DNA of 64,000 nucleotides from Rotaria socialis (Eukaryota). Below the pieces are notes generated by a model that worked only from the letters and a program-made list of their open reading frames with translations, did not search any database and was not told the DNA's origin. The stretch spans positions 124,001 to 188,000 of the forward strand of contig CAJNYD010000039.1 of assembly GCA_905331295.1 (NCBI GenBank), written 5' to 3'. The translations under genes and the position numbers were made by a program. Of this stretch, positions 50,408-61,800 are shown in pieces; the first letter of the stretch is position 1; each line of letters opens with the position of its first letter.

Positions 50408-52247
50408 ATGTTCATGAATAGCGTTTCTCGTGTAAAAAGCATGCACATGGATGATGCTAATAACAATCAACTTTGCCGTGCGTTAACCAAAATCTTCTTG
50501 ATGTTACTTCTTTTAATACTATTCATTACTATGAGTAACGCAGGAAAACAAATGAATGATTGCCAGCCAATGTTTATAAGTGAAGTCAACTCACCCTCAA
50601 GACGACGCCAGGGTCCACCATATTTGACATATATTATTTCTTCAATACCTCAGCGCTTCAATTCTACATTGAAGGAGCTTAATACCGTACTACCGGGGTT
50701 TTTCAATGTCAAACATAAGGAACCTGTCCCACACTCTGATTCACGAATTCTACGCCATGGTGATATGAATGCTTCATCACTTTTACTGACGAACATCGAC
50801 CTTTGGAGTGCATTCGGATGGAGCTCTTCGGCAAACTACTCTGATAATGACTGGATATTGATATTCGAAGACGATGTCCGTATAGTTTCACCTGAAATAA
50901 TGAAGACATTTTATGAAGAAACTAACATAACACGGAATCATATAAATTCAAGTCATATTATAGCAAGTAGGCAATTTATTTATTGAAATATTTAGATTTA
51001 CCAACATAACCGAATAGTTTTATGAGCACTATAACTACTCTATAGTACTATAGTGTACTGTAGTAGTTCACCCATCGGTTCTAACTTTTAGGCGATGATG
51101 AGACTAATAGAAATCGCTGTCAATTTGTTCTAACAGATATTCTTTTTATAAAAAATACAAAATTCAGAAAGTTTAGAAAAAATAACATACGAAAAATTGT
51201 TGAATTAGATCAATTCTGAAATTTTTAAATTTTTTTCTAGATCTTTTTACTTAAAAAAAACTCTTTAAAAGTGCAACAAAATATAACTAGGTTGTTACTA
51301 GAGGAAGATGACGATCAAAAACTTTATATTTTAACCGAAAATGCTCTTAACAGAGAAAATAATCTTAAAAGCAAATCCATAAAGATGCTTAATAACGTAC
51401 AAATAAATGTGAAGTTTATCGTTAATTATATTCATACTTAAAAACTATTAAAAGAACTTGTACTCTAGAAAAGTTCAATTTGACATAGAAGATTATCCAA
51501 GAATATCTGATTGAGAGTTTTGCCGATGAAGAATTTCTCAACTTTGTATTTTTCATCGTTCCGATTGTTGTCTACGATCAGGTGCGGCGGATTAAATTAG
51601 CGAGAAGTCGAAGGTATACTCATATATCTAGATCATGTTTTATATTAGTACCTAGAACAATGTCAACTATGCTGTTCGATAATCCAATTTTAAACCAAGG
51701 ATAATTTTCATACGCTACTTTTGTGAATTTTTGAGATATTCAAATGAAAGTGAACTGTGTTTTATGATGAAATCAGAAATCATTTCGTAGATCCAAAGGG
51801 AAATATGTATAGCTAGATCTCAATTATTATTTCATATAATTACTTAATAAACAATATTCATTTATGCTCTTTTGAATAGAAACTATTGAAGAAAGCTTTG
51901 AATTGGCCAAAAATGATGGGATTCTATATCTCGGCACATGTGAACCGCTCTTCAATGATTCAAAGATCCATCATTCGTTCGATGGCTTAATGCAAATTCG
52001 TCGTGGCATGCATTTTTGTACACATGCCATAGCATACACAAAATGGCGCGCACGAAAATACTGGAATGATATATCTATTTCTCGGCTCTTGCACTACGAA
52101 TTCACTCTTCCTAAAATAGTTCGTGAATGGCAGCGTCTTACAAAAACTTATCCATTCTGCACTGCTCCAAATGTCAATTGGCCACTAGATTCTACTTATT
52201 TCGGTTTTTTCTACCCAGACAACGGAACGTATGCGTCAATTACATAA
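50408..52247 (+). CDS. Glycosyltransferase family 25-like type II membrane protein, paralog 1 (~308 aa)
   Basis: Exons 50408-50966 and 51880-52247 (phase 1). N-terminal TM segment; WILIFEDD, ILYLGTC and CTHAIAYTK motifs. Confidence 0.72.
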
Positions 52248-52738
52248 AGAAACATTTCGAATGATTTAGTATTGTATATCAGAGTGTAACAGTAGGCGTA
52301 AGGACAATAACGTTCATACAGTCACATGGGATCATCCGTTGCATTTGAATTTTGAGCACTAAATATATAAATGTGATAAAAGATAAAATATAAACAATGC
52401 TAGAAGAATTATATCAAAAGAATCTCTCTTAAAGTTTTTCAATTTGTATATTTAGCATAATGCAAAATCATCGTTTTTCGTGTCAACTATAAACAAATAA
52501 AGTATTACAAATTCTATGAGTACACTAAACTTAAATATGAAGTGAGTCTAATATTAGCATGCCTCGTAAAAAGCTGATATTGTTACAAAGAGTCCCCTTC
52601 TAGTTTCCAAAAAGAGCATCGTTAATGAAAAGCTTTGATAGGATTCTTGCTGTAGATACCATTCTTCGAAACTATTTCCGATTCTATTCAGCAAGTTTAG
52701 AACTCCAAAACAGTACGGACATTTAGAATAAAAAGGAC

Positions 52739-53774
52739 GGGGTGCATAACAAGCCAAATCGACCTATTCTTTAAATCGTTTAAAATTTCGTATACTCCAA
52801 TGTAGAATTGTACACTGAGTTCTTTTATAGAAATTTCAGATCGATTCGATTGTGTTTAGTGCGGAGAATACTGGGAATACGATTCTAGTCAGCATTGATA
52901 TTCACATGGTGCAATATCTTGGTGATAAATTTTTACAGCAATGGCACTTCTAGATGGCGTTAATCTCACTAGATGGAGCATTTAATTTTGCATCGACTTC
53001 TATTAGAACAAGTTTATTCAATAAACTTTTCGCTATATTCTATTGATCCGATTGTTGACGGTTGAAGGCTTTTTAGTTGAATCTCTCCACTTTTAGACTC
53101 ATACAAATTTATCAAGAAGTGTTGAAATAGATCTTTGTTTGTTGATTGATAGCAACTTTTACGAGCTACAAAATTGTGTTCTTTCCATTTTCATCAGAGC
53201 TTGACCAACAGAAAAATCGCATGGATAGTATTCAAAAGGTAGGATTCTCTGCATTTTTTGGTTACTTTTTGGCAGCTAGTTCCAGCTAAAGTTATTAGTA
53301 TAACAAAAAATAATAGCATATTTGGAATCAGCATCCAAGACTAAGTTAGTTCACAAGCATTTCGACTTCTTCTTTAAACTATTATTTTTCTTTGAGAAAT
53401 TCACCGTGGTATCTCTCCAGCTTCAGCCAAAAATGAATTTCATCCAAAAACTTTCTTTTATACTTCGAATACTCACCATTTCACGTTTAAATAAGATTTC
53501 ATAAGCTTCGCCGGTAATTGCGATCATCTAAACTAGTTTTGGATGAAATTCACTTTTGACTGAAGTCGGAGGGATATCACGATGAATTTTTCAAAGAAAA
53601 ATAAGAGTTTAAAGAAGAAGTCGAAATGCTTGTGAACTAACTTAGTCTTGCATGCTGATTCCAGATATGCTATTATATTTTGTTATACTAGTAACTTTAT
53701 CTGGAACTAGCTGTGTTACAGTGTGCTCTACTGTAACGTATATCTCGATTCAATCTATTCTCTTTTCTTTTGTC

Positions 53775-53813
<39 letters not shown>

Positions 53814-54610
53814 TTCCCTCTACTTTCTTGTCTCTGTTTTCGTGTGCGTATATAAACATTTGTCTTCTAAAAGAATAAACAGAGAGATAAAAAAACATAC
53901 ACATTTAAAGTGTTCGTCGCTCTTCGTGAGCGAGAGCGTTAACAAGCTACCAAAAAGTAACCAAAAATGTAGAGAATCCTACTTTTTNNNNNTTTTGAAT
54001 ACTATCCATGCGATTTTTCTGTTGGTCAAGCTCTGATGAAAATGGAAAGAACACAATTTTGTAGCTCGTAAAAGTTGCTATCAATCAACAAACAAAGATC
54101 TATTTCAACACTTCTTGATAAATTTGTATGAGTCTAAAAGTGGAGAGATTCAACTAAAAAGCCTTCAACCGTCAACAATCGGATCAATAGAATATAGCGA
54201 AAAGTTTATTGAATAAACTTGTTCTAATAGAAGTCGATGCAAAATTAAAGTCTAAAAGTGGAGAGATTCAACTAAAAAGCCTTCAACCGCCAACAATCGG
54301 ATCAATAGAATATAGCGAAAAGTTTATTGAATAAACTTGTTCTAATAGAAGTCGATGCAAAATTAAATGCTCCATCTAGTGAGATTAACGCCATCTAGAA
54401 GTGCCATTGCTGTAAAAATTTATCACCAAGATATTGCACCATGTGAATATCAATGCTGACTAGAATCGTATTCCCAGTATTCTCCGCACTAAACACAATC
54501 GAATCGATCTGAAATTTCTAGAAAAGAACTCAGTGTACAATTCTACATTGGAATATACGAAATTTTAAACGATTTAAAGAATAGGTCGATTTGGCTTGTT
54601 ATGCGACCCC
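52739..54610. repeat. Large foldback element with ~540-bp near-identical inverted arms
   Basis: 52739-53277 is the reverse complement of 53945-54610, with GGGGT(C)GCATAACAAG termini and few mismatches. The right arm has a ~118-bp tandem duplication (54131-54248 / 54249-54366) and an N gap (53988-53992). No TSD found. Confidence 0.85.
53278..53708. mobile_element. Inner MITE with ~175-bp TIRs, flanked by AGCT
   Basis: AGCT|AGTTCCAG...CTGGAACT|AGCT. The arms at 53278-53452 and 53535-53708 are inverted copies with several mismatches. Confidence 0.8.
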
Positions 54611-56484
54611 TCCCTCCTTTCCAGTTTCAATAGATACACCTAGTACTGAAACAACAATCTGAATATGATACCCAATAATGGTTCAGTGTGACATATCTTC
54701 TGTCCAAAAGCATATTGTCTCATTGTCGAGTTGTCAAAACCTGTAGAATAAATTCATAATAGACGAATCCAACAAAGGCGCTCTGTATTCACATTATTTT
54801 GACACCCGCAACCAATTGTTGCAATATTTGTTTTTTCTATAATAAATTATTTTTCAATGCTCCAAAAGGCTGGTAACTGAAATATCATTAATTTTGAATA
54901 GGCACATATTAAACCAAAGAACTACGTTTCATCCAATAGCATGACACATTTCTGTGAAAACTATGAAACTAACAAGAATAACGCTAAATATTGAATCACT
55001 CCAATTAGATTGCTGATCAAAGTGGATACTTCGAGACCATTTTCTGGAAAAGTTTGATGAAATTATAATTGACCACATCAATTGAAAACTGTTAATCTGC
55101 TAAGCTTGATTCAACTCCTGCAACATGATTTTCCCGATAGTAGGTACTTGTACTTGTGCGCACATGATAGTGGATGACTATCTGGAAGTTTACAATTACA
55201 GACGAGTCAAAAAGTATTTATTTCAAAACTTCGATTGCTGATTGATATTCTTCATTTTTGTATACTTTTTTAACAATTGATATCATTTTCTATGAAATTA
55301 TCATTCAATTTACTGGTGTTTTTCTCATAATATTAATTACAAACATGTTTCGTGTGAGTTTATCGAACGGTATTCATGACATCCACATGTATCTGTTCTT
55401 GCAGATAGTCAATTCCAATGCATTTAACTGTTAATGCTCTGATGATTACACGACAACATCTTTATCGTATGAAAGTTATCTCACAACTCCGATATAAGAT
55501 TTGTTCAATCAAAGTGAACCTGCTTGGAAACATTCAAAATCTAGTTCTTCAATGATTATCCGCTAATCGAAATTGTGCCCTTAGTTTTTACACTCTCTTT
55601 TTTTGTTCTGCATTCAAACTTTTTTCTTTTATTTATATTTGGTTCTGATTTCGGCAATCTGTTGTATGTCTTCATATAATCAATTTCTTGTCAGGTTTTG
55701 TTCTTCTTTTCTTGTTTATGTTTCTTCCATTCTATGCGTTGAGCCACCATCTTTTGTTACTATAGAAGCATATAGTATAGATGTAGAATTCATATGATAT
55801 TACCTATTGAGTTCATATTGATGTTAAGTCTGTTCTGTTCAAAACTTTTATTCGTTTTTCTTCTTAATATTTCTACTGTGTTAATTTTTTATCTGATTCA
55901 TGCATGAGTAGTCACAAGTAATGTAGAGAAGAAATAGAAAGGAACTCTAATAAATGCCTTCAATAAGTATTTTTTTTGTCGTTCACCCCATTAAATCAGA
56001 AACTAAAAATATACTGATCATCAGCAAGAAAGAAAGTGGCAAATTTCACTTCAGCTATTCTTTTGGCGTGAGACATTTCTGAAATAAAATCTTCGACCTT
56101 GACGCTCTCTATGCTCTACAACTGGAATATCTCCCATATGCTTCAAAGTAAAGTGGCAACATTGAAAATTATCCTCTTCTCCCACAATTGTAGAAAGCAT
56201 TAATACAAAAAGGCGTTTGCAGTAACATCTAACACACAAATCAACATAAAATAACTATCATTCCTACCGGTAAAGTTCTACAGATATGTTTCGGAAGTTT
56301 TATTGTTATAGTCGTCTTGTAATTACGATCTATTCGGCATGGTAAGCAACTCTAAGAAATCTATCAGCTACTTTGTTATGTTGTATATGAAACACTATTG
56401 CCGATTACGTCGTGGTCATAGGCAACTCTGATATACGTTCAACAGTTATGTCTTTTGACTTATTTCAGATATTTCGATGCAATA

Positions 56485-58845
56485 ATGCTCCCACAGAAGA
56501 TTTCTAATGTAGTGAAAACATTCATGGAAGATAATGACAAAAATCAATTTCGTCGCTGGTTTACTAGAATTTCCTTGATATTAATTCTCACACTAATTGT
56601 GTTCGTTATGAACCAGTGGGGAAAACAATCGAATAGTTGTCGATTTCTGATTGTGAACAATAGAAACTCATCACATTCACAAAGTTACCGTGGGCAACGA
56701 TATTTAGCGTATATTATCACTTCTACATCTCCACGCTTCAACGCCACATACACAGAACTTACCACCGCATTACCGAAATTCTTTAAGATTATTCGTAAGC
56801 CTTCCGTCTCGCATACTGATTCGAGAATTGTTCCTAATGATTATGTTAGAGTTTCATCGCTTCTCCTGACTCACATTGACACATGGCATGAGATTGGATC
56901 GAAATCTGATCATGAATTGGGCGAGAACGATTGGGTGTTTGTATTTGAAGACGATGTTGGTATAGTACCTCCTGCAATCATGAACTCTTTTTATCGAAAA
57001 ATTTACACAGTATGGAAATATGCCAAGCCAAATCCTATTTTAGGAAGTAAGGACTTTATTTGTTGAAATATAAACTTTGTAAACGAAATTCAGCTGTTAT
57101 TTGAGCGAGGTGACTTATTATTGATAGTGAAATTATATAGTATCTGAACATATCGACTAACTTATTAATTTAAGTAATTATTCAATAGGTCTTGGTTGGT
57201 TTTAAGGGGTCTCAAGAATTTGTCTAAGTAACTAATTAGTTTTACAGCCACTTTTCTCACGTTTCGTTCTTGACATTGTGTATGTTAAGCGCTCATTATC
57301 GATCATGAGAGGGACTAAAGCAAGGGGGAAAAGCGATTTATGAGTTTCATGATTTTTCTGAGTTTAGCTGATTTAAAATGAGTTTGAGAAAACGAAAAAT
57401 TTGCTGAGCTAACTAAAAACTATTCCAAATCATAAATTATTACTGAAAATCATTCAAAGACACCGAAACTCACGCAAACTCATTCCAATACAGTTAATTT
57501 ATATTGATTGTAAGTTGAGTTTTACTGTGATTTAAATCAGCTTTTTCCCCCTTGGACTAAAGTCTCATGAAATATATTAACGCATTTCAATCATTGAAAT
57601 ACAAATTTTAAAGATACTTACGTTAGAAAGAGTTTTGGAAACTTTTCATTCAATTTTCGTTGCTGAAGAACCGCAGTGAAAGAGAAATATTCTATATAAA
57701 TATCTAAACTATCCTATAGCCGCTGTGAAGCCTAATAAAAACTTCTAATTTTAACATGATTTGAACAATTTTTCGAACACTTGTTAGAACGTCTAAGAAA
57801 CATTTGATACTCCACAAGAACTTCTTATCTGTCAGTTTTTTCTAGAAAAATGCTTCTCTGCATATTCTCTGGCATAAAAACGCATTCTTGTTGAGAGCTC
57901 ACAAAGTGGTTTTCAAAGCTCATACGCTTCCTTCACAATTGCTGGATCAAATGATTGAAAAAGAACAGCTCCATTAGATATCTAACACATGAAATATCAG
58001 AGCGAATCTCATCTTAAAGTCGAGCATTAAACGCTAAAAACCATCATACAGTATAGAAAATTGCTACTTTAGAGGCCAGTATTAGTCGAAAATATCATAT
58101 TGAAAATTCTTTAGAAAAAGAATTTCTCAATGTCGTTTATTTTCGTGATTCTGGTTATTCCCCATACAAAATCAAAAAAAGATTATATCAACAATGACTC
58201 AATGACATGACAGAATATGCAGCCTCTTCGTCTTTTTTCGCATTTGGTATTGCTTCAATATTGCTTTTCAATACTTCCATAGCACACGAAAGAGAATTTT
58301 TGCGTATTTAATTGCATTTTGAGATAGTCAGATGATAGCAGCGTCTATTCCGTGCTGAAATATGTGTTCTAAAACTCAAAGGGTGTTTCATATCACTAGA
58401 ACTGACTTAAGTTTCTGTAAATTATATGGCATACTTTTTTCATATTAATCTTTGAATAGAAACTATCGAAGAAGGACTCAAATTGGCAAAAAACGATGGA
58501 ATTCTATATCTTGGCACATGTGGACCTGTGTTCATGGACAATGATACCAATATTCAGAATTCACGCAATCGTCTGATCCAATTCCGGCGTGGTGTATACT
58601 TTTGTACGCATGCAATAGCCTACACAAAATGGCGTGCACGAAGATTCTGGAGTGCCTTAGCTACATATAGACTTTTTCACCGCGAAGTTGGTAGTGGCAC
58701 AATAGCTCGAGAATGGCAAAGACTTTCAAAAGCGTATCCGTTCAGTGCAGCGGCAAATATACATTGGCCGCCGAATACTGGTCACTATGGGTTCTTCTAT
58801 CAGACTAGAGGGAACCATCCGTCAATAATACAAGAAAAGACTTGA
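56485..58845 (+). CDS. Glycosyltransferase family 25-like type II membrane protein, paralog 2 (~315 aa)
   Basis: Exons 56485-57046 and 58460-58845, with the same phase-1 intron position as paralog 1. TM segment; WVFVFEDD, ILYLGTC and CTHAIAYTKWRAR motifs. Confidence 0.75.
57321..57554. mobile_element. hAT-type MITE in the GT25 paralog 2 intron
   Basis: TIR CAAGGGGGAAAAGC / GCTTTTTCCCCCTTG. Perfect 8-bp TSD GACTAAAG at 57313-57320 and 57555-57562. Confidence 0.9.
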
Positions 58846-58899
58846 AGTGATTTGGTGTCATGCATCAGAATGCAAGTGTATTAAGTGTGAAGTAGAAAA

Positions 58900-61800
58900 A
58901 TAGTCATAGACATTCGATACGCTTAACGAGTACGATTAACACGTATTTTCTTTCTCTTCGATCGTATATATATACAAACCTATCCTTTTCTTTCTCTGGT
59001 CACGTTTCTTCTAATCTTCTTTCCACATGATCTCCTCTTGGTACCAGCTCAGTATACTATTCTGGTCTAGCCCAAGCGGCTAAGCCGTCATGCTGAACAG
59101 CATGTACAACCCTCAGTATCCACAACTTTCATACCTCAACGAAACAATTCAACACCCTCCTGCTAACATTACAACAACGAATGAAAAATATCAAGCAAAC
59201 AAAGCAACAGTTCAAACAAACTCTCAAAACTACCCATCGCAACGAGTATCAGCACATCATTTCCAATCTTTACATTCTCACACCTCTCCACCCAACCAAA
59301 ACAGCACTCTGAATTACAACAACAGCACCAACCAACAGCATTTACATACCTATCCATATATTATACCACTGTTTCCACAACAACGAATACCAACCAGAGA
59401 TGTGCACAGGGTAGGACGGTCCTGTTGTCCTGCTGTCCTGTCCTGTGCACGTCTCTGATACCAATGTGCATCAACTCTCATATTTATCTTCAAACGATTA
59501 CCAATACCCAATACTGCACCATCAACCACCACTCAGCCGATTATCAGCAACAAATGCACCAGCATCAAAATCAAGATGCACGAATGTCGATGGAAAGTGG
59601 GTGCGATGAGAATTTTATTACTGTTAATCGGGAAAAAAGAAAGCAAAAACAGATCATGTTCACTTTACACCTCCATCTCGAACTTTGTCAGCATCAACAC
59701 CTTCAACAGCTATCGATGACTCTACTTCTTCGACGACCACAAGTAGTATTATAACAAACAATCGATCTTGTACAAATACACAAACACCGTATCGAACCAA
59801 CAACAGTTATGAGCCAAATGAAATTTCAACTCAAGCACGCCGATATGCTGAAACACATTATCCATTTTCACCGTTTATAATTAAATTTAAGCAGGATGTC
59901 GATGAAAAATTAATTATCAACAGTATTCTGAAACACTTTAATGACATCTACAAAGTCAATATTATATTGGCGGACCATAGGCTAAAAGAAAAAAGAGAAC
60001 TGTTACTATTTATGAACAATCGTTATGTTCTTCGACGATGACAAATGATCAAGGACATTCGATTCAATTGATTATATAAAAACTCGGTCGAACCAACTGC
60101 CACCGCAATTCTCAATTATTCTTCGTAACATTCCAATAGATAAAGATATTAATTTGCTATTAGAAGATATCAAAGTCATGTACCCCGAGGTGGTCAACTT
60201 ATTTCGTCTATCCAACAAAAATAAACGTCCAGCAACAATTGTACGTCTCCATATCATTAGAATTAAAGTTATCGATGATTTATTGAGTAAGAAACACATC
60301 TACATCAATAATATACGTTATCCTATATCTGAGTACTTGGTTCCAGTCGAAGTACTTGTTTGTACAAAGTGTTTTCAGATTGGACATATTCGTAGCACGT
60401 GTCGAAGTTCAACGGAATTCTGCAGAATTTGTGGAACTGCTATTAACGATTTAAAAGAACATAAAGATAAATGTAACAACAAACCAAAATGTATTAAGTG
60501 TGCAGGTGAACACGATTCGAATGACCACCGATGTCCAAATATTAAAACTTTTCGTGTTATTCTAACAAAATCTTTATTAAATTCTGCAGGTTCAAATAAT
60601 CACAATTGAAACAACTCCACAAACTACTGGTTCAACGACCAGGATTTCCTGGTCTTAAATGGAAATCGTCTTGATATTCATCAAACTAGTGAATCACGTA
60701 TTGTTAATGATAATCGAATCGGAGACCTGTTCAATAAGCTGAACAAATTAGAAGTAAATTCTGATAAAATAGTCGAACTTAATAATAAATATTTAGATCA
60801 AACTGCTCGTGCACAACAGATGCTAGCTAAACATCATCATGAACTGCAATTATTACAATATGATGTAATGTTTCAAAGGGAATTTGTCAGTCAATTTATC
60901 TCGCCGCTCGGTCAAGTGTTGATCAGCATTATTCTGGTATTAGTTAATCAAGATATTATTAAAGACAAAACCATACTATGCACATCAGTAACAGCATTAA
61001 TCAATAAGTTGACTAACGATTTACCTTTATGAGCGAATCGTTTCGTTCAGAGCGAAACTAATAAATCCAAACTCAGCAACGATTTCCACATAATAAACCA
61101 ACATATTAACTCCATCAACAACGAAGCCCTTATATCAGCAGCCCCAACTTAACTTACTCAACATCACCACAACAAACAAATCAACATCTAAAACTAAACT
61201 TTTCCCCCTCGCCTCCTCATTCCAGCCATTGGATCAGGTACTGAAAAAAAAGCTCCGATATTAACTATGCACTATCACTCACTCAGTCCCTTGCTACATC
61301 ATATGAGTTTTGTTTACTATCAGAAATAGTTATAGAATGATCTGATTCTCCCACTCTTTCTTCATGGTTTTCACTTTGGAAATCTTTCAGCCAGACTTGC
61401 ACATATTCACTAAACTCACAACTACTGATAATATTTTTCAACATGCGAGTACTAGATGAAAGGCGGGAGGAGGTCCTCCTTCTCTTCGAGAAATACAAAA
61501 CAGATTGTTTAATCCTCACAGAAATTGGAGCGATTGAATTCTCCTTGATACAACAAATTTTTTCAAACTTCAGATATTTCTACCAAAAAGGTGAAAATTC
61601 ATGGGGAGGTGTCCTAATGTTATTTAAACTGAGTCTACCAGTAGAGCATGTCAAATGTGATATTCAAAATATATGCGTAGTTGTTGATATCAAATTAGAA
61701 AAGACAATTCACCTTATAGGTGTCTGTGGTCCGAAGAGAAAATCCTGGAAATGGGATAGTCTCTCGCAATATACAACCGAGCACTGCTATCTGTTTGACG

